Positions 33,568 to 47,715 of a stretch of DNA of 64,000 nucleotides are shown piece by piece (the stretch's first letter is position 1; each line of letters starts with the position of its first letter). Source of the DNA: Magallana gigas. Its lineage: Eukaryota. The translations under genes were made by a program, and so were the position numbers. The notes beneath the pieces were generated by a model. The model did no database searches. It was not told the origin of the DNA and was given only the letters and a program-made list of their open reading frames with translations. The stretch is taken from contig NC_088856.1 of the NCBI RefSeq assembly GCF_963853765.1, positions 6,696,001-6,760,000 of the forward strand, written 5' to 3'.

Positions 33568-35721
33568 TCAGTCCTGAGACTGAATCAGCGATGTGCGTGA
33601 GGAGCATGCTGCCGGAGTTGTCTGCCCTTGGTACATTGATTCCAAGGGTATTACGTCTATAAGACTCTCTGTGTCTTTACTGTACAGCGGTTCCAGGTAG
33701 TCTTTTCGTTTTCCAACACGACGAACAACAAGGACACAACATCCCAGAATCAACAACATGAATATTGATGTCACAACGCCCACAATCATCTTGGAGTTAA
33801 TGTGTGTGATCCCCGTTGTGCTCAGATCTTTGTCGCCTGTTGTAATGTTCGTGCAGTGAACAGTGTAAAGCTCTGTTTCAAACACGTACACAATACAGAA
33901 CATGTAGGTGGTTAAAGGAGACAGATTGGTAAATGTGTAACGAAATTGTCGAAGTCGGCGGTCCAATGGAATGATTTGAAATTTTTCTGAATTGTCCAAT
34001 GGCTTGTAATGGATCTCGTAACCAGTCATGGACCACTGGTTTCGAGTCCCATTCCATGAAATGGTAATGAAATTTCCAGCTACATATTCTGCTGAGATTC
34101 GAACCGGCTTATTATTGACAGTCACTATCGAGGATTCAGTGTCGAATCCTGACACACTCTGTGCTTCACAGGAGTACCTCCCTGTATCACTCTCATATAG
34201 ATATCTCAGTATGAACCTCGAATTATTACGAATTTCATAACGACCTTTGCGTAAATTTTCCTTGTCTAATAACGTACCGTTTGGCAAGCGCCAAGTTATC
34301 TTCGGTGACGGTAAACCCATTGCGTAACACTCTAAATGCAGCTCCTCCCCGATACTCAGATTGTAACTTCTTCTGAACAGGGGGATAATTACAGGGGCAC
34401 ATGTAAAATTCAGAGCGGAAAGAGGCAGATCTCGCAGCAGAATGCCCTTTCTGTTTGGAGGGGAGCCACACTTCAACAAGGAGTCCCCGAAGAGAACAGA
34501 TCTATAAGTTTTGTTTGATATTTCTCTCAGATTTTCCTGTTTCATCCACATTGCATTGCAGTCACATTCAAGCTCGTTATTGTACAAGTGCAGTGTTTTT
34601 AAAGCAGGCAGACTGTCTTTTAAGACGGAAGACACACTTTGAAGTTTGTTATTATGAAGGTATAAATTTTTTAAGTGTGAACAATTCACAAATGCGTTGG
34701 GATCAATATATACAAGTTCACTGTTATCGTGCAGTTGTAAAGTCACCAGATGCTTCAAATTCAAAAAAGACTCTTTTTCTATAACTTTTAGATGAGGCAT
34801 ATAACTCATTGTGAGCATACTTAAGTTCATAGAATGAAAGGCGAGTGTAGGAATACGTAGAACGGGGTTCTTGTCAAAATACAGGTACTGTAACAACGGA
34901 AGATTGTGTAGTTCTTGTGATGGAATGGTTTGAAGGAGGTTGTCAGTCAGATATAGAATCCGCAGGTGCGAAAGTCCATTAAATGCACCAGGCTCGATGT
35001 AAGAAATCCGGTTTTCATCAAGCTTCATGGTAAAAAGCCCGGAGAGCATTTCAAACACATTAGCTTTAAGTCGACCAATTAAATTGTTAGACAGAAAAAG
35101 CCAGCCCAGGCTTGGCATGCTGACAAACCACTGAGGCGACAAAAAATGCAAGCGGTTACCCTCCAGGTTCAGTTTTTTCAGATAATTTAATCCGCCAAAG
35201 GTATGGGGTTCGATTGAGTAGAGTTGGTTGTTGGAAAGATCGAGTACCTCTAGGTACAGCATACCACTGAAAGCACCGTTCTGTAGATAGGACAAACTGT
35301 TGTTTCTCATGATAAGCTGTCTCAGAGCTGTTAACTTGTGTATTTGTCTGTCCATCACCTTCAAATCATTGTAGGAGATGTCCAAGAATCTCAGATGCTT
35401 CAGCATTAGTCTCAGACTGAGACGAGTGAGACGGCAGTGGGATAGGTCCAAGATCTCAACATCTAGAGGAATGTTTTCAGGGAAAATGTTATTGAGGAAT
35501 TGGACTCCAGTACACACAACAGTCTTGTTAAAAAGACTCCTGTATTTGGGGTAGTCCATGGCTCTACAGGTGCAGTTTTCTGGACACGCCTCCCCTGACC
35601 CCCAGCCAGAGTCTGTGGTATTTGTTGCATCGCTTCGCATGGAAATCATGTGTGAAAATAAAAAACTCATGACAAGAAAACTGAAAAATTGAACAGACAG
35701 GTCTGTGGTCGCTTTCAGCAT
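33568..35721 (-). CDS. LRRN: Leucine-rich repeat neuronal protein (LRRN1/2/3-type): signal peptide, LRRNT, LRRs, LRRCT, Ig, FN3, TM, short tail; 717 aa, single coding exon
   Basis: CPENCTC LRRNT; repeated LxxLxLxxNxL; NELECDC LRRCT; Ig LECYAMGLPSPKITW...DTGRYSCEA; FN3 ITISW...YTFTNLSPLTTYMFC; TM MIVGVVTSIFMLLILGCCVLVV. The vertebrate paralog cannot be resolved. Confidence 0.88.
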   Translation of the reverse strand: MLKATTDLSVQFFSFLVMSFLFSHMISMRSDATNTTDSGWGSGEACPENCTCRAMDYPKYRSLFNKTVVCTGVQFLNNIFPENIPLDVEILDLSHCRLTRLSLRLMLKHLRFLDISYNDLKVMDRQIHKLTALRQLIMRNNSLSYLQNGAFSGMLYLEVLDLSNNQLYSIEPHTFGGLNYLKKLNLEGNRLHFLSPQWFVSMPSLGWLFLSNNLIGRLKANVFEMLSGLFTMKLDENRISYIEPGAFNGLSHLRILYLTDNLLQTIPSQELHNLPLLQYLYFDKNPVLRIPTLAFHSMNLSMLTMSYMPHLKVIEKESFLNLKHLVTLQLHDNSELVYIDPNAFVNCSHLKNLYLHNNKLQSVSSVLKDSLPALKTLHLYNNELECDCNAMWMKQENLREISNKTYRSVLFGDSLLKCGSPPNRKGILLRDLPLSALNFTCAPVIIPLFRRSYNLSIGEELHLECYAMGLPSPKITWRLPNGTLLDKENLRKGRYEIRNNSRFILRYLYESDTGRYSCEAQSVSGFDTESSIVTVNNKPVRISAEYVAGNFITISWNGTRNQWSMTGYEIHYKPLDNSEKFQIIPLDRRLRQFRYTFTNLSPLTTYMFCIVYVFETELYTVHCTNITTGDKDLSTTGITHINSKMIVGVVTSIFMLLILGCCVLVVRRVGKRKDYLEPLYSKDTESLIDVIPLESMYQGQTTPAACSSRTSLIQSQD

Positions 35722-38169
35722 GTCGCTATTTTAAACATGTTGTTGAAGTTTTCCATTTGGTAATTGTCTTCCAGTAGGGTCCTGACACATGGTGCTGGTT
35801 TATTTCACTGAAGGCAAAGTATTAGATCCCAGAACAAAAAAAATAATTGGAAGACAGTGATTAATTCTCAACATAACATGTCTGACAATGTCATCACTTC
35901 AAGCTTCTTGCCAAATCAAGATCACTATTTTCTTAAAATTGAAAATGAACAGAAGTCATTTTTTTTTTCACTGAAAAAAGTTTGGAAGTTTATGTAGAAA
36001 CTTCTTGGGCATAAAAACAATCCACATGCTCCCTCACTAGAAATGTTGACAATCCGTCTGCTCGGAGAGATCCGCTCATTTCACATTAGACTCATTTGAC
36101 TTGCAGACTCTCTTCACCAATTCTCAGCAGTGGTTTGATTTTTTTGTAGCCATGCGATTCTAATGTAATAAGATGTTCCTGAAGGCAGCATTCACAGGTC
36201 TCCAAGTGCTCACCAATTCCAACAGCTGGCTTCTACACATCTGAAATTTAAGAAAATACAAATATCATTAACTATATTTAAAAAAAAACCATCCACTTTA
36301 AATATAATAATATCTGAAACAAACACACACCCATAGGGAATCTTGAGCCTGCAGAATTAAAAGCACATTTTTGCGCAGAGAAATAAATGGTCTCCTTACA
36401 CTGGTAATGTAATCCTGTTTTTCCCCATTATTGCTGTAAAGAATGAGAGGGGGGTAATTTAGAAGTCAGTCATAAAGGTTAAGAGTGGTGACTGGAGAAT
36501 CAGTACTGAGTATTCACATCTGAGCCAAGGAGCCTAATGCTGGGCTATATAGGCTGGTCTGGTCCTCGTCCATACAATCAATACTTAGCATTGAGTTCTA
36601 TTGCTCTCCAGAATGATAGAAAACTCTGTCAAATCTCCTTCAACGGGGTATAAAATTTCTCGACAACCTTCAGTAGAAAAACACTTTTTTTTATCTTTTT
36701 AATCTTCTTTATTTTAAGACAAAGAACAATATCTGTGAAAGGGAACGGTGGAAAATTCTGTTTGATCAAAATTTGCAGCTTTTAAACAAATGAAATTGTT
36801 ATTGATGCTTTCTTCTTGGCACTGTGCAGCTTCCCTGTTGGTAGCGGAAATATTTGGGATTCTTCGTGCTTTCATTTGGACGGGTGTTTATTCATTTAAA
36901 TCAAAAGTACACTTATGATAAACAATTTAAATCAAAAGTAGATTTCAAAGTGCACAGTGTTTTGCATTTCTAAGTTTTTGTAAAGATTTGAAAATAATTT
37001 ATAATCTTCAGTTATAGAAAGTTGCTGATTTTTAAATGCATGGTTTATAGTCTAATATCCTATTGGTTTCTTCCCATTTCTTTTTATCTACCTCCCTATT
37101 GGTCCACTTAAGGAGGACTGGGTGGTCAGATCTACCTTAATTTTTAGACATGATTTGTTAAGCTATAAACTATCATTAATTTAAGAAAAAATCCATTTAA
37201 AATTTGATTATTTTTTATACCTTTATACAGAACTCTTCTTCTAAAGGAGATCAATAGAGTCTATAAATAGCCATGACTATCCAGCCCTCTTAAGGGTGCA
37301 AAACACAGTTTTATATTCAACGTCATAAGGACGTTTTTAGATGAGGGACAAGCAAAACTGACCCGTATGAAATTAAATTGCAAAAACATTTTACATACAT
37401 ATCTATATATCAATAGAAAGATAAAATTGTGAATTTTGTAAATATTTAAGAATGATGCACACATGTAACTTATTGCTAGAATTTATTTGCCATTCAAAAC
37501 ATGAGGAAAATAGGCAAAACAATGCCTCTAAATGCAGTACACCCATGCATTTTAGGCTCCCCCTAACAGCAGAAAGCAAATAAATCATCCATTTTAATTT
37601 CCATGCATTTTCAATAGCCTTAGGTATCATTTTATAGTATTTTCAGGGTACATTCACCAGCTTTTTAAAGAGCTACATTACCAGCTAAAAAAATCATGAA
37701 ATTCTGCACGCGTAAAATCCGGATATTTTTGGAGGTACCTCCCTTTATTTTATAGTGTCAAAAAATTAATTTTAAAATTTTTCTACATACTTTTTTCATG
37801 TATTAGAAAGATAAACCTCTATATTATGCAACTGAGAATTTTAAAAATCAGTTTTCATGTAAACCGCATAAAAATAGCAGGAAAATCCCTACCCATCATG
37901 CTTTTCCCCAGAGAAAACCCCCCTGGATTTTATACGAAACCGTGTTTAGCTACCTTAATCAACTCAATTTTCAATTTGCTATTTCTTCATCTGCCCCCTT
38001 CTACCTACTTGATAACATCCCTTAATTCATTTATATTTGTCCACATCCCTAATAGTCTATGACATTTTCCTACTTTTGTTTACTCGTCTTCAACTGGATT
38101 TGTCTACCTGTCTCCTTTATCAACTTGTCTACTTTCCCAATATGTTTATTGGCTGGCCGCCATTTATGA

Positions 38170-38780
38170 GCTTGTTTACATCCATATCTGCCTATTAGTG
38201 TCTACTTGTTTACATCCTTATTTGTCTATTCATGTCTACTTGTTTATATCCTTATCTATTCATGTCTACTTGTTAGCAACATTATCTGTCTATTCAATTG
38301 TCTACTTGTTTACATCCTTATCTGTCTATTCATGTCTACTTGTTTACATCCTTATCTGTATATTTATGTCTACTTGTTTACATCCTTATCTGTCTATTCA
38401 TATCTACTTGTTAACATCTTTATCTGTCTATTCATGTTTACTTTTTAACATCCTTTTTTGTCTATTCATGTCTACTTGTTGACATCCTTATCTGTCTATT
38501 CATGTCACTCTACTTGTTTACATTCTTATCTGTCTATTCATGTCGACTTGTTAACATCCTTATCTGTCTATTCATGTCTACTTGTTTACATCCATATCTG
38601 CCTATTTGTGTCTACTTGTAAACATCATTATCTGTCTATTCATGTCTACTTGTTAACATCCTTTTTGTTGTCTATTCATGTCTACTTGTTAACATCCTTT
38701 TTTGTCTATTCATGTCTACTTGTTAACATCCTTTTTTGTCTATTCATGTTAACTTGTTGACATCCTTATCTGTCTATCGA
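38170..38780. repeat. 34-bp minisatellite, ~18 copies
   Basis: Unit TGTCTACTTGTTTACATCCTTATCTGTCTATTCA. Confidence 0.9.
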
Positions 38781-41700
38781 TCTGCCTTCCTTTATGTCTA
38801 TTAATTGTCCTCCTTACATTTTATTTGTCTACCTATGTATATATTTTCTCTTGTTTAAGCTTAAATTAGTTATTTTTCCTACGGCCTTGAAGTTTAATAT
38901 CCATCTATATATACTGAGACTCTGTGCCTCATGCATTGTTGTAAACTAAGAGCACCTATTGCATTTTCAATGCAACAATTCTCTCAGCTCAGAGAAATTG
39001 TAAAACAGGTTGGTAATTGATATATGATACCATTAAAGACAATAAGTAAGAAGCAGTTTTTTTATTGCACAATTCACTTGTTCCGTAAATAACAGATTCC
39101 ACCATCCCGCAGTTCTTTGCAAAGATACAAGCATGCAATTGATCTTAAAATGTTCTATGAAATGCATGCATTTTTATGACAAAATTCTGTATAACTGGGC
39201 AGCTACTGATTGTCCTATAGCTATATAAAAAGAGAAAATGCTTCAGAGAGACCTATTGTCATTTATAATGCTGTAGATACCACAAGGAAATCAATAAAGG
39301 ATGTCTTTTGATTGCACGTCCAGATAGGTTTTTTCTTACAATTGATAATTCAGTTACTTAGGCTTCCTGATTTTTCTCACATAAGCAAACTCTGGAGCTG
39401 ACAGCAAAGGCGGTAAATTTGCCAGTTGCAAAAGCTTCGCAGGAGCTGGGATCGTCAAGTTCTCTCTCTGTCACGCGACAGCACTGGTCAATATACCTCT
39501 GATGTTTGATGGAACGACTTTGTAATCAGATACAGAGCATGGTGTTTTTTATGAGGATTTTCTGGGGTTTATCAACACTAAGTGACATATTCAATTGATA
39601 TCTAGATGTTTACAACACTAGTGCATAAAAACCAATAAGTATCCCTCTTCATCTGCATGACGGTTCTGTGGTATTGGTGTTTTCTCTCAAAAATCCATGT
39701 AATTATAAGAGTTTGGTGAATTAATTTTATCTTGCTATAACACACACCACCCTTAATAACTTGGGAGAATAGGGGCAATAAATGTTATCATTATTACTGA
39801 TAGGAACAGTACTATGATTTAAGGATAGAAATATTAATTATTATATCCATTGATAGAAGAGAATGGACCAATAGTATTTACTATTAATTTCCATGAGCTA
39901 CATTCATCTACAGCTCTGGGGCAAATTCTATAATATCTGATCAGTTCAACAACCATTAAATCTATCTGATCCAGATCTCAATTCTCTCCCAAAATTTTCT
40001 GCAATATTTCACCATAAATCAGAAGGGTTTATTTGCAGATTAGCTCAATTATCCAGGATTATCTGGATGTGTAGAACAAAGGCGGAGATGGTCAGTCCAG
40101 ATTGTAAGTGATTGCCCTGATGGTAATGGGCTGGTCCAGGTCCATGAATAAACACCCATCAATTCGCCTTCGTTTTAGTCTCATTGATCGGCTGCTCATA
40201 TGTTCTTGTATAACAAAGAAATGGGTGTGAAAATTGTTTTTATATTTTGTTCTATCTGTATGTATTAAAAAAACTTATTTACCAGACATAGATTAGATCT
40301 ATTATATATTCAAAGACAAGTCTATGATAAATCATGTCTTTGTTTACTAAATATCAAATAGTAGTTATGGCAGCAAGGCCCGAAAACACACTAGAATCAA
40401 GATGTAAGAAAATCCTGAGAATGACCATTTTTTCAAAATATCTTTTTGACATTTTTTTTTGGGGGGGGGGGGGGAGTAATATTTCATGATAGGTAAATAT
40501 ATCTCTTTTAATGCTTCTTTAACTTATTTCAGCCATTTTCAAGTCCCTCTTTAAAAGGAATTTTCTATGGAGCTTTTGAAAGGGGAGATTACTCTCCAAC
40601 AGTGGCCAATTTTATCGAGAACATGCATAATGGATTGAAGCATGCACCAAAGCGGCACATGTTTTATGTCAGTTGCGCATTCTGCAAAGATATGATATAA
40701 TCTTTATTGAAGTGCCAACAGATGTAAGCCACAGCTCAATAGCTTGTGGGATTTTTAATGAACTAAATGAATAGCTGTTTTGTTGTTCGGAACATGAAGG
40801 GAGACTTGCTCTGTGATTATTTTTCTCAGTAACTTCAGTACAGTTCATTTATGATATATGTCAGTAAGAGGGATAAAAGTTGAATTCTCTAAATTAATGA
40901 ATTATCTTTCAAAACCAGGGGATAAAACAATACTCTTTCAAACACAGATGCATGCATCGAAGTACAAACACACAAAAATCCTGAAAGGTTGCTTTTTGCT
41001 TACCATGCATGTTAATCAGTTTCAGGGTGTACAAACTTCAGTATATTTCATTTATGGTGTTTAAAAATGCAGGACAAAAGTTCAAACAATCAGATCAGAT
41101 AAACATAGAAAAATATACCCCCCTCCCATCCCACAAAAAGGTTACCCGGTGAAAACTTTTGTTGGGAGTCATGTAACGATGTAAGGAATTAAGGCAATGG
41201 ATGTACATCATGTCTTTCTCAATGAACTTTGAATTCTTTTCAATACAGAAACTTATCATTAGCTCTTTTAGGGCAAAAAATTGTCCAAGATTCTGAGAAT
41301 GCCTGTGCTATGAACTTGGCACAAGGTCATTTGATGGAATTCAAGGTCACTTAACTATTCAATTGAATTTCAGTGTGAATTGGACATTGAGTTCTTTAAG
41401 AGGTCATTTTTAGTTTTAAAGATTCTAATAAACATCACTGGTTGTTATTTAATTGAACTGATACCCAGCTTTTGACACAAGTCATGCATTGATGTAAAGT
41501 CTGTAATACAAGGGAAACAATTAATGCAAAAAAAAGATAATGTTCAATAAGAATTAGATAAAATTTATCCATATGATATGTCAAAAGGGGTTTGGTCCTC
41601 CCCAAAACATTGTTACTTTAATAATCGATGATTATCTAATTCAGGAAACTTTGTTGTTAGGAATAGCAGGTTGACCTTGCGAAGGGAAATAATTACCTCT

Positions 41701-44700
41701 CATGTAATATTTACTACAGTTCCTGATCAACACATAGGATCAAGTATTAAATCATGCTGTAAAAATTCCTGCCTTACGCACTAGTAGTTTTGCACTTTTG
41801 ATGTTGGAAGGTTGCGTAGTTCTGGTCGGGAGTCATTGTCGAGGAGTTAATGATGCGTTTATGTCAGTTTTCTGCTTCATCATAGAGAAAACATTCAACC
41901 ATGCAACTCTACTTCAAAATATCATTGTATCTTCTGAATTTTTAATGTTTTGTTTTTCTTCCATGAGCTGTGCGCTCATTTAGTTTTCACTTTTGTAGAT
42001 TGGTGATTGTTTCTTCGAAAGTTTTGGTATTTATTAAAATGCGTAATAAAATTTCTTACAAATTGTTAAGCTAGACTAATTCTGTAAATCTAGCGTGGGA
42101 TGTTCTCTTTTATCAGAAATTTTACATTCATAAGGATTGAAGATTGTTAATTCTGCTAATAAATTAGACTTAGTTAAGTAAGAGGATAATTCCCGAAAAT
42201 AACCGACTCCCTCTATGCACTGATAGATTTTAGCAATTAAATCAAACAGGCAGTTTTGTGCATCTTAATGGGTTATTTTGAGATATCTTGTTTATTTCTG
42301 AACAGCAGTCTTAATAATTCTCTTTTAGATCATTTACCTCTGTTATGAAATTGCCTCAAGTCTTTTAAGATTTATTCTTTTAATTAGTTATGTGTGTTAA
42401 TAATTTGTTGCAGAAAATCAAAGCTGATATCAATGGAGTGCAGCTAGCATGCAGAAATACTGTGGTGGTTTGAGTCATTTTCTCTGGGCATTAGTTGCAG
42501 ACATGAAATGATCATGCAGAAATCCCAATAATTTACAAGTATGAAAATCAATTTATCTGCCGAATGAAATCCTTTAACAAATAGTCTTGTTTGGTTCCTG
42601 GCAGTCAGTCTGGCTCTCCAATTAATTCCTTTTGTTAAAATGCTGGGTGTCCGGAATTCATGCATTTGTTAGCTTGAGATCCATAATGGAGAATAACTCA
42701 CAATGATGCCCCATTAAATGACCAGTGCATTTTAATTAAGGACTAACCCCAGGGGCTGTTCATTTGTGGTCGGTGAAATTTATTTCCGTTTTTGGTTAAT
42801 CATCACATTGAGTAGATTTATACACAGATTGCAAGCTGGGTAAATAAGATGGCTTGAAACACCCGTGAACACACCATGATGGTGTTTGAATTTGTCAGAT
42901 AGCAATCAAAAATACAAAAAAGAAATCAATGAAAACCCACTTTTTATAATTACCAGCTATTATGCAACCAATGCTTTTAGCTACAAAAAAAATCCACTGG
43001 TCCAGATTTCATGCTATCTTGTCCTTTAAATTTTCCTGCTTTCCTACTGGGTAATCTATGGATAATCATTGAAGTAGAATAAACATCATTTAGATAATTA
43101 GGTCACATTGATATTGGGGACTTCTGCCCAATTACAGATGTTCTGCTTTGAAGTGCAGATCATTGGACAGTTTTACAACGTCATTTCTATGGTCTTTTAA
43201 CGGTAATCTGACCTGGGTCCGTCCAATAAAGGTTCACTCAATCCCCCTGCTGAATATCGGACTGGTTTTTCCTAGCAATGGACAGCTGGAGCAAAGTTAT
43301 ATTGAGATTTAATTACAGCTATTAGCGATTTGATTACAAAAGCAAATATTTTTCTGATTGATTTTTTGCATTGATTTTACAATCGCTGTTATTGATATTG
43401 TGGGAAGCTTTTATTGTGAGAGAGTTTTGAAGGACACCTCCTGGGTTTCATCAGGTTGAAATCAAGATGACCCGGTTCGTAACTTAATACACATTATTAC
43501 GGTTACGTAACAGAAGGACATAAAATGCACAGAATTATCCCATCAAAAGAAATTGGCCTATCTAGTATGCATAACCTAATCATAAATAAGAGTATAAAAG
43601 GTATAATTATTTTAATTATGATTATCGAAAGTGGGTTTATACTAGCAGTGTTATATGTAGTAATGTAATAATTAAGAAATGGGGGGGGGGGATCAACATC
43701 ATTATAATATATCATTTAAGCTCATCTTACCAAAATCTATACTAGTATATATTGCATATACGTATACTTTGATTCATTTACTTTTCTGCCTCAAATACTC
43801 CTAGAACGCAATATCCTAGTCTGAAGAGTGTATAGACAATTCCAACATAAATCCGCAGGAGCTAGATAGATCCTCACATTGTTCGTAATTAAACTCTGTT
43901 CCTCGTGATCTGTTCATTTAGATTTGGAAGGTTAATTTAATTTAAACTTGTGTTCGCATTTTTTCCCCTTAAGTTTGTCCCATTTAATCAAATCTTTTCA
44001 GGCAAATGATTAAAATAACAGTCTAGTAAAAAAATTTTGATTTTCAGTATCAGACGAGGGGTCTATTCATTAAATTTTAATTAAGGTTGTGAGAATTAAA
44101 TGATCTTTATAAAACTCTCTTAAGTAAATCCGTTAAACTTATTCAAAAAAATTTATCATGAAGCCATTTATAAACTATTATCCTTAGTTAAAATAGTCTA
44201 TAAAAAAATTCAAATTATTTATTTATCAAGGTATGAAAAATGCAATGCAAACATTAAATCATAGTATTACATAGTATATTGTTTTTTTTAAAAAATGGCT
44301 ATATCCTTTTTTATCATTTATTTTATTTATCCGTTTAGGTCCAAATCTGTTACAATGCTTTAATATAAGGTATCAGACTTGTGTTAGTAAATAGTACAAT
44401 CAATACAGTGCTGAAAACAAATCGGGCAAAAATATTTTACGATACAAAAATGCAACACAGATGTTCATTAGTTTTGCTAGGTTTGTTTACAGTGCAATTA
44501 CGATTCAAGTATTTCAGGAGGCTTGCACTGAAAACCATTACAAAACAATCAAATACAACCTATGCATGCATGCAACTTTGCATAATGGATGTTCAATTTG
44601 GATGGAAACTCTCATCGACATATTTTTTTTTATATTTTCTGACATTATTAAAAAAAGTGTCAGAATGTCCAGCACATATTTTGTAGATAGGCTAATTGAA

Positions 44701-45031
44701 AAGTTTATAAAGAACTCTTCATTTGAACACACATCTGATAGGTAATTATACACTAGTATGTATTTTAAATAATTATATTTTTTATATACTTATCTATCAT
44801 TCTACCTGTTCAACTATAACATTATCAGTGGACTACAATTGACACACTGAAAATTGACCTACTTTCCTGATGATTTTTAAATTGACTTGTAAATGTTTCT
44901 TGTGACAAGAATTTTTCTGAACTTCATAAAAAAAATTCCTGGAGATGCATTATCATTTCATTCAAAGCTATTTAGAAGTATCAAATTTGATTGAGTTTGA
45001 ATCAAAGAGTAAAGGAGAGAAGCAGTCTTAC

Positions 45032-45128
45032 CTGTTGTGTGACAATTACGAGCTGTGAATTTCAGGTCCCCAAACACCTGACTCCAATCACACATCCCAG
45101 AAACGAGCAGGTAAAAAACACACGGCAT
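45032..45128 (-). other. Candidate non-coding 5' exon of the LRRN-like gene
   Basis: ttcatatttacag| ... CAG|gtaagac on the - strand; a matching acceptor taaatttcag| lies at 36240, upstream of the LRRN CDS. Confidence 0.4.
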
Positions 45129-47666
45129 CTGTAAATATGAACTGCAGAAACATTGTGGTTATGTTATGAGGAATTCTCGGGTTGCTAGCAGAGATAATGT
45201 TCATAAGAATCAATTTAACGGTATTCAGTTATCTCTAAACCCCGCACTACTCTGGAAGTTAAAACAATGCCAGAGCACGCAATAGCCCGCCCATCTGTGC
45301 TTCATGGTACCTGGAAAGAACTATTGATCTTAAGTGGGGGGAAAGATTTTGCAAATTTACACCCTTCACTCAAGTCCCCAAAAAATTAAAATCAAAGAGA
45401 TCCTTAGATTGCAGATGTATAACAGGTGGATTTCTGCCTCAATATTGCAGATTTTCAATCCCCCCCCCCCCCCCCCTTTAGTGATTTCCACACTTTTGAG
45501 AATTTAACTTTTTGCCTCTTCATTCATCAATGTCATATACATGTAGTGTCAGATGCTGGTGAAAAACAGTTATCTGGGTTTAAATATGATTTTTAGAACA
45601 TTGTTCAAGAATGTTGAATCCTAATCAGGTTTCAAGCCACCAGTTGCTCCCATCTGTCTGTCTGTCTGTCTGTCTGTGTTATATGAACCCCTTTGTCATT
45701 ACAATTATAAGATTCTCTACATCCCAGCTCCTGTAGACTACCAGTACTCCTAAGATTTCAAGGTCCCATCCCTGGAAAACTCATCACCTTCTCATGCTAA
45801 GTGGTTGAAGGGAAACAATATGAACCTCCGCAGATTGATTCATCATTTGGCAGATGGATACGATCAAGCCCCCACTGTTCTACCCCCCACCCACCCCCAA
45901 ATCAGGCCCAGAAAGTGTTGAAAGCAAAGGATTTCAAACAATACTTCAAAGGACTACCTTTAAGCCAGCGGTTGTTTTGTTTGGCACCTCTTGCATATTT
46001 ACACCCAGATCACTAGAAATTAGTTAATTCAATACAAGAATGATGAAGCCTGTACTTTCCTCCCATTGCACCAAGCTCTGTGTCGATGATTCACTCAACA
46101 CTGCCATCACATCATTGTGGTTAAGTTTTAGATAACTCAGATATTCATAGCTTAATTATCTGGAGATTCCTGATGATTTTCACCTGATTAAACAATGGCT
46201 AAGTTTTTTTGCTGTCATTTTGTTGTTGATCTTCCCAGTTGCCTTTAGTTAATAGTGATATCAATTAAATTGTCAGTAAAATTAATACTGTACTATCATT
46301 TTACAACCATATCAATAGTATATATTTCCTTTGTTCTTGAAAATTGTCCCCTTCAGTTATAATTGAATTTATATGTTGGATAGTCTCCCTTACATTTCCT
46401 GGCTGTTCTTTTTAACTGTCAGGCAAACATTTAAGAATGTTAAATAACTCCTAGTCGTCTACTCATATTGTTATTGTTATCCTGACACGCTTAATTTACA
46501 TATGCAGATCTGTGAACATAAGTCATTCAATACCGAGTCTTAAATGTATATATTTCTTATAAAATATTCTAGAGTAATTATGATATACATCTATTAATAT
46601 GATAATAATTAGCAAGCCAATTTAGTTACTTATTACAGTTTATTTCACTATTACTAATAATGCCAGGATTAAACCCTTGCCAAAAATTCCTTTTCTAAAT
46701 CGTTGATTACTGATACTTTTCCTTCCTTTGGATCAATTAGCCCCGTGTGTTTCCCTCAAAAGCCTCATTCAAGTCCATCTCAGAAAGTAATGTACAATGT
46801 CCTACATACTTCAAAAATATTGCAATAATATATAATTATGATTTTTTTTTTACATAAGAGAGGGGATAAATACCGGGTTATCAGCTGATCCAAGTTCAAA
46901 TCAATATCAGCAATGGGGTCAATTGTAATTCTGTTAAATCGGTAATAGATGATGGTTTTTGTCTTGTTTGCGAGGTCTTTTTTAAGCCATTAATTATAGA
47001 ATTAATTGATCTGCATAAAGATGCCGTTTGATTGATTTTTGTCGGATTCATGTTTACATTTTTAGCACTTCAGAACACAAGTAGAATTGAGCTAATAGCC
47101 ATATAGCGCTCGGCGTACACTTATCTTGGGGAGAACAAACTTGTTGTGCAACCAGGCTGTTGTCCTGATAACACTGTGTTCACTTTGTGTATTGATTCTC
47201 TATAATTCATAAAACAGATATCTATACTTATTACAGTGAAAGTGAATGGCAAGCTGGATTAAATGTTTTATTTATTCAAAAAATCTTTAAAGGAAGGTCT
47301 TTAAGTTAAAATTTAAAGCCAACTAGATCTTTGATTAATGTTAACTTTTCTACTTGTTATTCATTGAAAAAATGCAATATAAAAAAGCTTGTTTGCCATG
47401 ATCTCCTTGGAAAACTCCAAGATGACTCTAAATGGGGGTGGTCATCAACTGTTTAAAGAATACAGGTTTAACCATCTGGACTTATCTATTCAAAAGTCTT
47501 ACATGTACATATTATACATCTCTCAAACTTCATATTTGTATTTCTCAATATAAACTCTGCTGGACAAACATTGTTAAATTCCTTAATAACATTTTTGAAT
47601 TTCTTTTGGTTTTAATTCATTTTGTAACATAGATATTCTTAACATTGCTTCATTATTTGTTAAAGC

Positions 47667-47715
<49 letters not shown>

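Noticed and set aside
34028-34784. Antisense and alternate-frame ORFs in LRRN
   Set aside because: Short shadows of the 717-aa CDS.
38198-38760. ORFs of 80-100 aa on the + strand
   Set aside because: Translations of the 34-bp minisatellite.
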